Positions 35,064 to 48,491 of a DNA stretch of 64,000 nucleotides are shown piece by piece. Made by a program: the position numbers and the translations under genes. The notes under the pieces are model-generated. The model had not been told where the DNA came from, searched no databases, and saw only the letters and a program-made list of their open reading frames with translations. The stretch is taken from the NCBI GenBank assembly GCA_030141605.1, contig JAQGDQ010000386.1, positions 157,401-221,400 on the forward strand. The letters run 5' to 3'. This stretch comes from Tubiluchus corallicola. Lineage: Eukaryota; Animalia; Priapulida. How positions within the stretch are numbered: the first letter of the stretch is position 1; the number at the start of each line of letters is the position of its first letter.

Positions 35064-36552
35064 TCTTGAGGTCTAAAACAAAAAAGGTGCTATAAAAGTA
35101 CTAAAACCAATGACAGGCAGTTTGGTTTTCAAATTCCTTGTTTAATAGAAAATCAGAAACAAAACCAAACCTGTCCGTTTTTTAGTATTTGAGCAAGTCA
35201 CCAATAATTGTTGGTGACATTGCCTGACCTTTTCAATTTACACTATATGGCCATCTTAAGTCAACTTTTAGCCTAGTGTAGTAGTAATACTCTAATAGCA
35301 GCAATGTCTTTGTTCCCGTCCCACAATTACGTTTGATATCAAAATATGGCCATCTTAAGTCACATTTTAGCCTAGTAGTAGCAGTTGTCTTTGTCCCTGT
35401 CTCACATGACTTTGTTCCCGTCCCACAGTTAAGGTGCAGCTATTACTAGTTATTAATTATTACCAAAAGAAAGGCAGTTTTCCAATTCCTGTCTCGTCGT
35501 TAATGCAGGTGTGGTTACCGCAATATGGGAACTCTTTTGAAAGCTATATGGGACCAGTCCTATGGAACAGACTAAGTCACTCTCTTTCAACTTTTAAAAA
35601 AACCGTCAGAAAAGAAATATTTCAAAAGTATTAAGAGTAACACAGTTTGATAATGGTAATAACCTGCATTCTTTTTCCACAGTAATCTTAATATAACGTG
35701 ACTATGATGCTCAACAGGTTACTGAACACTTTATAATCATGATCACAGTTTTTCTTAGTTCTCGCTCCATTTCATCTTTCATTCACTACTCCCCCCCACT
35801 TTTATGTATATATTATCATTATTTCAATTATTAATCATTTTTTTAAGATTTCCACGTACAGTTTGGCCTGTCAAGCTATGCTTTTAGGCTCAAACTGTAT
35901 GCGTCAAAATTATTCTGTAATGTAATTTGCACATGTATATTCACACAAATTAAAAATTGATCATTGACGTAAAATTTGAAAAGATTTCAGCAACTGCACG
36001 AGAGATATCAGCTAATGAAAAAATTTCAACTATTCAGACACAACACTTTGATACACTTTAGTCTCAAGTCTGCTCTATTCTTAAGGAGAAATTCCTGTTA
36101 AAAGGTGAAGCTACCTTAATTTGTTCTTTGCTAATCAGTTAGTTTTTCTTGCAACAAAGTACAGCTTTGATTGTAACAAGCAGGCGATTAATAAATTAGG
36201 GTGTACGATCATGCAAATGTAGACAAGGTTAAGCTTCTTAATAGCTTATGTTGGAGTGCTTGAAAAGGACGTTTTTCTTAATTTTCGTCAATTAAATCAG
36301 TTAAAAGTGCTTAAATAAGTAGCACGATCTGATAGTCGACATTCTCCTGAATAGAACAATATCTAATTGCGGTCGTTAAATTTTATTGATATCTGTGCTA
36401 GTAGAAAAGTCATAGGTCTTACGAGACCTAACTTGAATAGTGTGGTCCTGAAGGAGTGAATTATTAAATTTTGAAACAAAACTTTCATGAAAAACTGCAA
36501 ACAGAAGACATCCTGAATTTGAACCTGGGAAGTTTAGCTAATTCGACGCCAT

Positions 36553-37023
36553 TGTAACAATACCATAAATATGGTTTGTGTAGATCAAAGATCTTGGTCA
36601 TTGCTTAGGAGTGTTCGACATGCTAGACTGTCATGCTGCTCTGATCTTCTTTGTTTGAGTTCTTAATTAGTTTAATAAATATACTTTATTATACACGCAT
36701 TTGTCTGGTTGCTAATATTATTGACGCGTGTAACATGGTGTCAGAAGTGGGATAGTTGTTTTGAGTATTTATTCGGACGGCAAATTTGTAGAGAACTATG
36801 AATCAGCTAAAACCACCTAACGCACTAAACTTCGAATCACGCAATCTGTCACAAGCATGGAAAAAATGGCGTGAAGAATTTAGCTTGTATATGGAACTTG
36901 CACTTAGTGACAAAACTGAAGAAGTGAAAAAGAAGACTTTTCTATATTTAATCGGTGAGAGAGGTAGGGAAATCTACCCCACATTAAATAATCTGGTTGC
37001 TAATATTATTGAAGTGTGTAACA
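36553..37023 (+). mobile_element. Second (segmentally duplicated) copy of the deleted Gypsy element
   Basis: Same LTR/PBS/gag/partial-LTR structure, same GCCAT TSD and same flanks as 31318-31788. Confidence 0.9.
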
Positions 37024-39120
37024 GCCATTACCAGGATAGAAACGCATCGTTCCACAATCCTAAGGTATAGCTAAGGTAGCGGCTAATAGAGTCCAATATA
37101 CAAGTTGTTGATACAATTCAAAAAATAATTGTATCAATTAAAGACATTATGTGTTTGTTTATTATTAATTTTTCTTGATTGTTTATCATTAAACTTGCTT
37201 ACAAACAAGCTCAATTTAAGCCTATACCAAAAATTAATTTTTTTTGTAAAAAGAGCAAGTTATATTAGTAACAATTATGTAAGCAAGGTTCTAATGATCA
37301 TAACGATCAATACGCAAGGTTACAATAATTAATCTCTGCACACTATTATGCAATCACCAGTATCAAAAATAAGAAATTAAAATTTATAATATGGCACGAG
37401 TATCAACAATGAACAACTTCACTATAATTTTTTTTAAATATCTAGGAAATTGTACTGCAAACTCGACATGAAAACATACAGCTCTATAAAAAAGCAACAA
37501 CAACAGTGAGCAATAAAAATGGCTGTAAAAAACCAAATAACTCTCTACATTTATAAAAAATGATGAATTGTAAGTATGATACATTGAATTTACATTTAAA
37601 AACATACTGAGCAATCAGAGATGACTATGGACTGACCAAAACCTTATCTACACACGTAATAAAATTACGATATTCAAATCAACACACGTTTCAAGAAGTT
37701 GTAATCCAAACATATTAAAAGATAAAAATCTAATCTACAAAAATGTAAATCATAAAAGTATTGTAAAAATTAGAGATAAAATTAATAGTAAAAATGTTAG
37801 ATCACAAAAAGAAAGAGTTATATTAATGACAATTTTGTTTAGGACATTAGCGATGGGCGATTAAATATGCTTAATTGGGATTACAATAATGTATAAATTG
37901 ATATAATCGGCTATTGAACAACAATTCAGTTAATTGAAATTAATCGAATGTAAAATATGTGTTACACACTGACTAAAAGGCAGAATTTTAGCACAAATAA
38001 ATGGAGTTCTTGCATTTTTCTTCGTTTTTCTCACCCTACACAATGAACACAATTGCAAACCAGGGCTTCTTATTTGCTTTCAAGTGAGGCGTGTAGTTGG
38101 CATAATAATGGAGTAGTTAATGATCGTACGCATCGAGTTTGGGAGTACGAAAATGGCAGACAGCGAACAAAGCCATGAAGAAGTTTACAGGCTATATTTC
38201 AGTGCTGCTATGTTTGAAAAATATGGCGGCAAAAACACTAAAAAATTACCGATAAACATTAATCGTGATATCGAATTACAAGAATAAGATTGTAATCGAA
38301 TTAGAAAATTTCAAAATCGCCCATCACTAGTCCAGAGATAACTCAGTACTTATTTCCAGGGTGGCCCTGATTATTATTATCACCTGCATGTTACTTTAAT
38401 AAACATGCGTGCCTGGTCGAACAACCAATAGTACCAGTTTCATGTCATTAGTATGACTTAGCCGGGAGTTGAACTAGCAGCCTCCTACGTCGGAAGCGAG
38501 TTCGCTACCACTGAGCTACACTACCACACTATCGTTATATAAAATTAGTTTAAAAATAACAATCGAGTTGCGTAAAATGTTAAATAAAAACAACATTCCT
38601 CAACAATTTCGCTTTATCGATTTACAATCACACATAGTTTAAAAGAGTCTGACAATGACACTATTGATACAAATTAGTATAATTACTAATTTACTATCAC
38701 ATGAAATTGCCATATCATGATTCACTAAATTACTACTAAATAATTATATGCGTAGATTTAACTATAAATGTGTAAGAACCAACTTCACTCCAGATTAAAA
38801 TGATTCACAATTATAAGGCGCAATAAGAACCACACAAAACGAGAGTTATTTAAATGCCAAGATAGGTTTAAGAAAGCAAAAACTAGACGGCTCTCACATC
38901 ACTCTAGCATTGTCTCACGATAACTAAAAAATGATGTCCCACGTTTAAAAATTCAATGCCAAAAAAGCAACTGTTTTATGGAATCACGACGGTCCGTACA
39001 GAGAGATTAATAGCAAATAACTCTTGACTGCTCAAAATTCACAGTGGTACAAAACACAAGTGCGCATTGCATCAGTAAAAGACGCCAAAGAACAATTCCA
39101 AAGCAATGCTCTGGTCTTGT

Positions 39121-40272
39121 CTAAGAGCTGCAACTTTGAAAGGACGTAAATGCAAAAATGAACAGAAAAAACACGAATGTATTCGCTGCCAGTGCCCTTT
39201 CAGCTGAGCTGCGTGCTCTTCTTTCCTTGCACATGTAGTAATCCTCATCTGAACCGGAGTAACTATCATGACAGTCCTTTTTGTCATCACAGACTTTGTC
39301 CTCGGAAATGCATTTCTTATTGAGGCAACGAAATGTTCTCGGTGCCATGCATGGTTTACAATTTGGCCCTTCATCTGTTCCATCATTGCAGTCGGCAATA
39401 TTGTCGCACAATCTCTCAGCCGCAACACACCGTCGTTCGTCGCACAGTTTTGCACGGCCACCACAGATGGTGCAGTTGTTTTCGTCACTGCCATCGTCGC
39501 AGTCGACTGTCCCGTCACAGAACTGTTTAGTCTTGATGCATTGACCATCGGCACAGGGAGATTTCAGAGGTCCGCAAGGCGGACATTGCTTGACCAATTC
39601 GTCGCTTCCATCGTCGCATTGCTCCTCACCGTCGCAAACTTCAAAGTTAAAAATGCACTGCTTATTGTCACAAAGAAAACCAGTTAGTCCCTTACACTCA
39701 GTGCAGTTTTGCTCATCTGTCCCGTCTTTACAATCGATATAGCCACTGCACCGTTTGAAAGAAGGCAGACATGTGTGTTTGTCGCAAAGAAAAGCAGTTT
39801 CGTCAACACATCTGTGCACGCAATTTTCCTCTTCATCATCTCCGTTAGGACAATCTACCCTCCCGTTGCAGTAGAACAAGTCGTTGATGCACATTGAACT
39901 GTCCTTGCACTTGTACGGTTTGTAACCTGGATAACGAATAGGGCAAACAGTGCAGTTACCTTCGTCTGTTTTATCGTCACAGTTAAAGGAACCGTCACAC
40001 AGCCAATCTCTCGGGATGCACTTGTTGTCACAGTGAAATGCCTGGTCACCTTGACATGCCGAGCAATCTTTTTCGTCCGAGTAATCATCACAATTATGAT
40101 GACCATCACAACGATATATATCAAATATGCATTTTCCACCTTTACATCGAACGCCTTCTAACGGCGGATCATACTCGTTCATCAAACATGGTTCCAGGGC
40201 AAACACTGAACTGACTGCTACAGCCAAAAAACAAAGAAAGAGACTTCTAGAACGGCAACCTGCGTGCTGCAT
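39121..40272 (-). CDS. 8xLDLa secreted/GPI-type protein, copy 3 (383 aa)
   Basis: Intact ORF differing from copy 2 at only a few residues (TVC/TIC, CMV/CMA, CEE/CKE); same acceptor. Confidence 0.92.
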   Translation of the reverse strand: MQHAGCRSRSLFLCFLAVAVSSVFALEPCLMNEYDPPLEGVRCKGGKCIFDIYRCDGHHNCDDYSDEKDCSACQGDQAFHCDNKCIPRDWLCDGSFNCDDKTDEGNCTVCPIRYPGYKPYKCKDSSMCINDLFYCNGRVDCPNGDDEEENCVHRCVDETAFLCDKHTCLPSFKRCSGYIDCKDGTDEQNCTECKGLTGFLCDNKQCIFNFEVCDGEEQCDDGSDELVKQCPPCGPLKSPCADGQCIKTKQFCDGTVDCDDGSDENNCTICGGRAKLCDERRCVAAERLCDNIADCNDGTDEGPNCKPCMAPRTFRCLNKKCISEDKVCDDKKDCHDSYSGSDEDYYMCKERRARSSAERALAANTFVFFLFIFAFTSFQSCSS

Positions 40273-43200
40273 TTTTGAGGTCTAAAACAAAAAAGGTGCT
40301 ATAAAAGTACTAAAACCAATGACAGTGGTGCCAGGTGAAACAGTTTGGTTTTCAAATTCCTTGTTTAATAGAAAATCAGAAACAAAACCAAACCTGTCCG
40401 TTTTTTAGTATTTGAGCAAGTCACCAATAATTGTTGGTGACATTGCCTGACCTTTTCAATTTACACTATAGATTCTGAATGGTAGATATGGCCATCTTAA
40501 GTCAACTTTTAGCCTAGTAGTAGTAGCAGCAATGTCTTTGTTCCCGTCCCACAATTACGTTTGATATCAAAATATGGCCATCTTAAGTCACATTTTAGCC
40601 CAGTAGTAGCAGTTATCTTTGCCCCTGTCTCACATGACTTTGTTCCCGTCCCACAGTTAAGCTGCAGCTATTACTAGTTATTAATTATTACCAAAGAATG
40701 CAGTTTTTCGATTCCAGTCTCATCGTTAATGTAGGTGTAGTTTCCGCAATATCGCAACTCTTTAGAAAGCTGAAAGTATTTCTTAAAATAGATACAAGAT
40801 GTCCGCTGACTTCCAGCCTGTGCTAAGTTATAAGAAGCAAACTCAAAAGTGAAAAGCTCATGGTAAACTGTGTAAACTTGTAGTAGTATCCTCTACTCAG
40901 TGGTAGCCTACTCCATCCGTCCGTTGCCTAAATCTCTTTTATATCAGGGCGAGTAGCAACGTATATTGTCCTACTAGGCTAATTTTCTACTCAAAAATGA
41001 CAAGGTGCACACATATGCTTGCATCAATGCTACAGCACCGCAAAGCAAAATTTGGGTTTATAAATGTTATACCGCCGTTATATATCACTCTTTATCTTTT
41101 CAGCTTTAAAGTTAAACATTCACAATGCTTCTTTTGACCATTATGTCCATCAATAGGCATATTGAATAAATGTTTTCCTCTCCAAATAACAGCCATCTCA
41201 AGCATTCTTCGTCAGTTACCCCTTACCAAGGGACTTTGCTTCTTACCTGTGTGTAAAATTAGCAACTTAATATTATGTGTTCTGCAGATTCAATATCTTC
41301 ACAACATTCCAAGCATACAAGGGATTTCCCAAAGTTGGGCGCCGAGTAACCCACTAGATGAAGTAGGACAATTGGTGTGTGAAAGTTGTAACTGTATATT
41401 TTAGGTGCTGCCATCTATTGATTAGTCACTTTAACATTTTACTAGTTCAATTCACCCCTAGTACAATTGTTCGGTCCAGTGAATATGCATACTCACTGGA
41501 TCTCCCCTATTTTTACTGTAATGGGATATGTGAAGCCAAGTTTTTGCATAGTTCTCTACCTATATAAACTGGCTAGATTTCACTGCTAGTCACTCTCTGT
41601 CTCAGGCAGTGCAGACATGCAACTCATGGGACTCACTGTCTAATTCTTCGTGATCAGGGCAGGACACTCTGGTCCTCAGTGTAGATTAGCAGTCATGTTA
41701 CACACTGTCTCTCTGTCACACACTCAGTGCTGTGCAGCAGTTGTGATCTTCGTTTTACTTGTGCATTTTACTGTGTATTTATTGTAATAAAAGTGTTTCA
41801 GGTTTTGTGCAGACATGTACTATAGTGCTTAGTTGTTTTCTACAAGTGTTCAATTTCAACTTCATAAATAACTTTCACATGGCGTACATGGGCTAGCCCA
41901 AGTAGGGCGCGTCGTACATGGGCTAGCCCACGTAGGACACTAGAGACGGGTCACAAATTTAGTCGTTAACCATACTGGTAGCACCTGTTGTCCTTGTTTA
42001 TTTAATAATAATTCAAAACGTCAAAAACGTTGAATAATTTATTATATATCTGATAAAAAAAGAATTTTATTTTGAGTTAGTAAAAAGGCCAATATTAAAC
42101 TTGGCTTTGATATTAATCTTTTTGAAGTGAAATAAGCCCACTTCTTAGGCGATTCCAACTTTTGCTTAAGGTATATCATTTTTTCTATTTGCCTCGCTTC
42201 ACAGACAGGTGATCCGTTTCACTACCTTTGGACAACAAGTAAACAGGTAGCGAGCCATGTTCCCTACATAGTTTCTCTCTTTAAAACATTAGATACGTTG
42301 TTTAATGTTATGATAATGTTAATAGAGCTAATAATAATGCTGATATTATTGTAAAAAATACATTGTAAATTGGCAAGGAGTATCCATCATTATTATAAAG
42401 TTACTTTTTTCTAAAACAAATTTAGTTTTACATTTTATTATGTTATAATTCTCGACAGAAATCGCCATCTGAGATTGGTAGAAGTTAATCACGGAAGCTC
42501 ATTGTAACCTCATATTTTGCACCCAGCTTATTCTTGAACTTGTCCACTGAAAAATCTTTAACAATTTCAGATGGGAATAAATTCCACTCCCTATCCACTT
42601 CTTCCGAGAAAAAATGCCCTACAATTTAATTTGGCTTAAATTTAAACATTTTAATGGAGCGCCCTCTAGTTCTGCTAACATTTGCCAGTCTAATAATTTT
42701 TTTTTCAATGTCATTTAACCCATGTATAATTTTACAGTGCATTTGTATCAAGTCTTCTCAACACTAGGGTTGTAAGTGAACATTTTCTAAGCCTCTTTTG
42801 ATATGGCATTTCCTCCACAACTTCAATCATGCTGGTCATCCTGTGCTGGACACACTCTAGAAGGTTAATGTCTTTTCTATAGTGTGAATTCCATGCTTGT
42901 GCACAATACTCTTATTTGGGTCTTATTAAGCTTTTGCACAATTTCATGATCATCGTAATGTCGGAATTAAAACAGAAGTCGTCAATACAGAAACAAACAT
43001 GAAAGTATGACGCCAAAACACAGTGAATTTGATCTCACACACTACGAAGTGTTTACTTATCTATTGATGAAGTGGAATCACAGAGTTCAATGATGTCCGA
43101 CGTCACACGGATGAGCAGTAAGAGACAACACCTCACGTAGTATCACAAATAAATACTATATCATCAGTATATGGTTATGGTTGAGCAAAAATTATCTAAT

Positions 43201-46200
43201 TATGACACTTACGAAAACAACAGTTAACTGCAAGTGCAGTTTGCCAATTGTAGTCATCATCATCATCAAACGAATCGCACGTCCAGTGACATGATTCTGC
43301 TCACCTCCCTATGACTGGATTCCCTGGTCGCCGCAATGCCCCAAGTACATTTATTTCTAAGGATCAATTCTGAAGTGTTTAAATCATTCAGTGCAAAATC
43401 TAAATATGTTATTGTTAACATTTTTCCACCTGCAGGTTTTTTAGCTGGTTCTGTGGTTTGTTGAAGAGCTATCTTCACTATCAATTTTTTCTTCTTCACT
43501 GAATCAAACGTCCAGGGACATGATTCTGCTCACCTCTCTATGCCAGGACTCCCTACACGCTGCAATGCCCCAATGCATCTACAATCACTATCAATTGTCA
43601 ATTTACAATTATTATACGCAATATGGGTGCTCTTGTAAAACGTTTTTCCGCTTCTGCTGCTCTCCATCCGCGCCCTTCACAACATCATGATTTGAGTGAT
43701 GGTCTAATCCTGCTGTGCTAAGCGGGCGCTTACATTTGGCCCGCAAAGTCTAAGAAATCACTGAACCAACGGTATCATTTATCCAGTCTTTACTAACACA
43801 CAGAAAGGGCTCCAGTCCACTTGCAAATACATTTTATTTTTATTATCAACAACAAAGTAACAAGATTTTCTACTACAGTGTCAGAGCACTTTATTATTTC
43901 AATTGTTTCCTATTTTTGCAAAGAGCTTTGCAACTCCTCTGAAGATCTTCTCAAAGCACAGCATCACACCAGATGATTCACTCTAGTGGTAACGCATCCA
44001 CCGTGTTTACTGCATTTTGTATGGGTACATAAAAAACTGCTCTTACTAAGCAACAATTACAATATCTTGTAGGTTTTTACTCCTCACACGATGGATTAAC
44101 ATTATACATGAGATGCATTTGTTTACTTCACACAAATTAAAAATCGATTATTGACGAAAAATTTGAAAAGCTTTTTTGCTGAATGAAAAATGAAAAAATT
44201 CCTACTATTTAGACACAACACTCTGATACACTTTAGTCTCAAGTCTGCTCTATTTTTAAGGAGAAACTCCTGTTAAAAGATGAAACGACTTTAATTTATC
44301 CTTTGCTGACCAGCTAGTTTTTCTTGGAACAAAGCACAGCTTTGACTGTAACAAGCAGATCAATAAATTAGTGTGAACGTTCATGCAAGTGTACACAAGA
44401 TTAAGCTTCTTAATAGCTTATGTTGGAGTGCTTGAAAAGGACGTTTTTCTTAATTTTCGTCAATTAAATCAGTTAAAAGTGTTCAAATAAATAGCAAGAT
44501 CGGATAGTCGATATTCTCCTGAATAGAACAGTATCTAATTGCGGTCGTTAAATTTTATTGATATCTGTGCTAGTAGAAAAGTCATGGGTCTTACGAAACC
44601 TAACTTGAATAGCGTGGTCCTGAAGGAGTTAATTATTAAATTTTGAAACAAAACTTTCATGAAAAATTGTAAGCAGAAGACATCCTGAATTTGAACCTGG
44701 GAAGTTTAGCTAATTCGACGCCATTACCAGGATAGAAACGCATCGTTCCACAATCATAAGGTATAGCTAAGGTAGTGGCTAATAGAGACCAATATACAAG
44801 TTATTTATACAATCCAAAAAATAATTGTATCAATTAAAGACATTATGTGTTTGTTTATTATTAATTTTTCTTGATTGTTTATCATTAAACTTGTTTACAA
44901 ACAAGCTCCATCTAAGTCTATACTAAAAATTAAAATTTTTTAGTAAAAAAAGCAAGTTATATTGGTAACCATTAAATAAGCAAGGTTCTAACAATCATTA
45001 CTAAAGATCAACACGCAAGGTTGCAATAATTAATCTCTGCACACTATTACGCAATCACCAGTATCGAAAATAAGAAATTTATAATACGGCACCAGTATCA
45101 ACAATGAACAACTTCACTGCATTCACTATAAAATTTTTTAAATATCTAGGAAAATGTACTGCAAACTCGAAATGAAAACATACAGCTCTATGAAAAAATC
45201 AACCAACAACAGTGAGCAATAAAAATGGCTGTAAAAAGCCAAATAACTCTCTACATTTATAAAAAATAATGAATTGTAAGTATGATACATTGAATTTACA
45301 TACTAATAACATACTGAGCAATCAGAGATGACTATGGACTGACCAAAACTTTATCTACACACGTAATAAAATTATGATATTCAAATCAACACACGTTTCA
45401 AGAAGCTGTAATCCAAACATATTAAAAGATAAAAATCTAATCTACAAAAATGTAAATCATCAAAGTATTGTAAAAATTAGAGATAAAATTAATAGTAAAA
45501 ATGTTAGATCACAAAAAGAATGAGTTATATTAATGACAATTTTGTTTAGGACATTAGCGATGGGCGATTAAATATGCTTAATTGGGATTACAATAATGTA
45601 TAAATTGATATAATCGGCTATTGAACAACAATTCAGTTAATTGAAATTAATCGAATGCAAAATATGTGTTACACACTGACTAAAAGGCAGAATTTTAGCA
45701 CAAATAAACAGAATTCTTGTATTTCTTCTTCGTTTTTCTCACCCTACACAATGCACACAATTGCAAACCACAATGTTGCAAACCGGGGCTTCTTATTTGC
45801 TTTCAAGTGAGGCATGTAGTTGGCATAATAATGGAGTAGTTAATGATCGTACGCGTCGAGTTTGGGAGTACGAAAATGGCAGACAGCAAACAAAGCCATG
45901 AAGAAGTTTACAGGCTATATTTCAGTGCTGCAATGTTTGAAAAATATGGCGGCAAAAACACTAAAAAAATTGCCGCAAAACATTAATCGTGATATCGAAT
46001 TACAAGAATAAGATCGTAATCGAATTAGAAAATTTTAAAATCGCCCATCACTAGTCCAGGGATAACTCAGTACTTATTTCCAGGGTGGCCCTGATTATTA
46101 TTATCACTGCATGTTACTTTAATAAACATGCGTGCCTGGTCGAACAACCAATAGTACCAGTTTCATGTCATTAGTATGACTTAGACGGGAGTTGAACTAG

Positions 46201-46843
46201 CAGCCTCCTACGTCGGAAGCGAGTTCGCTACCACTGAGCTACACTACCACACTATCGTTATATAAAATTAGTTTAAAAATAACAATCGAGTTGCGTAAAA
46301 TGTTAAATAAAAACAACATTCCTCAACAATTTCGCTTTATCGATTTACAATCACACATAGTTTAAAAGAGTCTGACAATGACACTATTGATACAAATTAG
46401 TATAATTACTAATTTACTATCACATGAAGTTGCCATATCATGATTCACTAAATTACTACTAAATAATTATATGCGTAGATTTAACTATAAATGTGTAAGA
46501 ACCAACTTCACTCCAGATTAAAATGATTCACAATTATAAGGCGCAATAAGAACCACACAAAACGCGAGTTATTTAAATGCCAAGATAGGTTAAAGAAAGC
46601 AACAACTAGACGGCTCTCACATCACTCTAGCATTGTCTCACAATAACTAAAAAATGATGTCCCACGTTTAAAAATTCAATGCCAAAAAAGCAACTGTTTT
46701 ATGGAATCACGACGGTCCGTACAGAGAGATTAATAGCAAATAACTCTTGACTGCTCAAAATTCACAGTGGTACAAAACACAAGTGTGCATTGCATCGGTA
46801 AAAGACACCAAAGAACAATTCCAAAGCAATGCTCTGGTTTTGT

Positions 46844-47995
46844 CTAAGAGCTGCAACCTTGAAAAGACGTAAATGCAAAAATGAACAGAAAAAACAGGCA
46901 TGTATTCGCTGCCAGTGCCCTTTCAGCTGAGCTGCGTGCTCTTCTTTCCTCGCACATGTAGTAATCCTCATCTGAACCGGAGTAACTATCATGACAGTCC
47001 TTTTTGTCATCACAGACTTTGTCCTCGGAAATGCATTTCTTATTGAGGCAACGAAATGTTCTCGGTGCCATGCATGGTTTACAATTTGGCCCTTCATCTG
47101 TTCCATCATTGCAGTCGGCAATATTGTCGCACAATCTCTCAGCCGCAACACACCGTCGTTCGTCGCACAGTTTTGCACGGCCACCACAGACGGTGCAGTT
47201 GTTTTCGTCACTGCCATCGTCGCAGTCGACTGTCCCGTCACAGAACTGTTTAGTCTTGATGCATTGACCATCGGCACAGGGAGATTTCAGAGGTCCGCAA
47301 GGCGGACATTGCTTGACCAATTCGTCGCTTCCATCGTCGCATTGCTCCTCACCGTCGCAAACTTCAAAGTTAAAAATGCACTGCTTATTGTCACAAAGAA
47401 AACCAGTTAGTCCCTTACACTCAGTGCAGTTTTGCTCATCTGTCCCGTCTTTACAATCGATATAGCCACTGCACCGTTTGAAAGAAGGCAGACATGTGTG
47501 TTTGTCGCAAAGAAAAGCAGTTTCGTCAACACATCTGTGCACGCAATTTTCCTCTTCATCATCTCCGTTAGGACAATCTACCCTCCCGTTGCAGTAGAAC
47601 AAGTCGTTGATGCACATTGAACTGTCCTTGCACTTGTACGGTTTGTAACCTGGATAACGAATAGGGCAAACAGTGCAGTTACCTTCGTCTGTTTTATCGT
47701 CACAGTTAAAGGAACCGTCACACAGCCAATCTCTCGGGATGCACTTGTTGTCACAGTGAAATGCCTGGTCACCTTGACATGCCGAGCAATCTTTTTCGTC
47801 CGAGTAATCATCACAATTATGATGACCATCACAACGATATATATCAAATATGCATTTTCCACCTTTACATCGAACGCCTTCTAACGGCGGATCATACTCG
47901 TTCATCAAACATGGTTCCAGGGCAAACACTGAACTGACTGCTACAGCCAAAAAACAAAGAAAGAGACTTCTAGAACGGCAACCTGCGTGCTGCAT
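46844..47995 (-). CDS. 8xLDLa secreted/GPI-type protein, copy 4 (383 aa)
   Basis: Intact ORF nearly identical to copies 2 and 3; differences mostly in the tail (NTCLFF, FQGCSS). Confidence 0.92.
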   Translation of the reverse strand: MQHAGCRSRSLFLCFLAVAVSSVFALEPCLMNEYDPPLEGVRCKGGKCIFDIYRCDGHHNCDDYSDEKDCSACQGDQAFHCDNKCIPRDWLCDGSFNCDDKTDEGNCTVCPIRYPGYKPYKCKDSSMCINDLFYCNGRVDCPNGDDEEENCVHRCVDETAFLCDKHTCLPSFKRCSGYIDCKDGTDEQNCTECKGLTGFLCDNKQCIFNFEVCDGEEQCDDGSDELVKQCPPCGPLKSPCADGQCIKTKQFCDGTVDCDDGSDENNCTVCGGRAKLCDERRCVAAERLCDNIADCNDGTDEGPNCKPCMAPRTFRCLNKKCISEDKVCDDKKDCHDSYSGSDEDYYMCEERRARSSAERALAANTCLFFLFIFAFTSFQGCSS

Positions 47996-48491
47996 TCTTG
48001 AGGTCTAAAACAAAAAAGGTGCTATAAAAGTACTAAAACCAATGACAGTGGTGCCAGGCGAAACAGTTTGGTTTTCAAATTCCTTGTTTAATAGAAAATC
48101 AGAAACAAAACCAAACCTGTCCGTTTTTTAGTATTTGTGCAAGTCACCAATAATTGTTGGTGACATTGCCTGACCTTTTCAATTTACACTATATGGCCAT
48201 CTTAAGTCAACTTTTAGCCTAGTGTAGTAGTAATACTCTAATAGCAGCAATGTCTTTGTTCCCGTCCCACAATTACGTTTGATATCAAAATATGGCCATC
48301 TTAAGTCACATTTTAGCCTAGTAGTAGCAGTTGTCTTTGTCCCTGTCTCACATGACTTTGTTCCCGTCCCACAGTTAAGGTGCAGCTATTACTAGTTATT
48401 AATTATTACCAAAAGAAAGGCAGTTTTCCAATTCCTGTCTCGTCGTTAATGCAGGTGTGGTTACCGCAATATGGGAACTCTTTTGAAAGCT

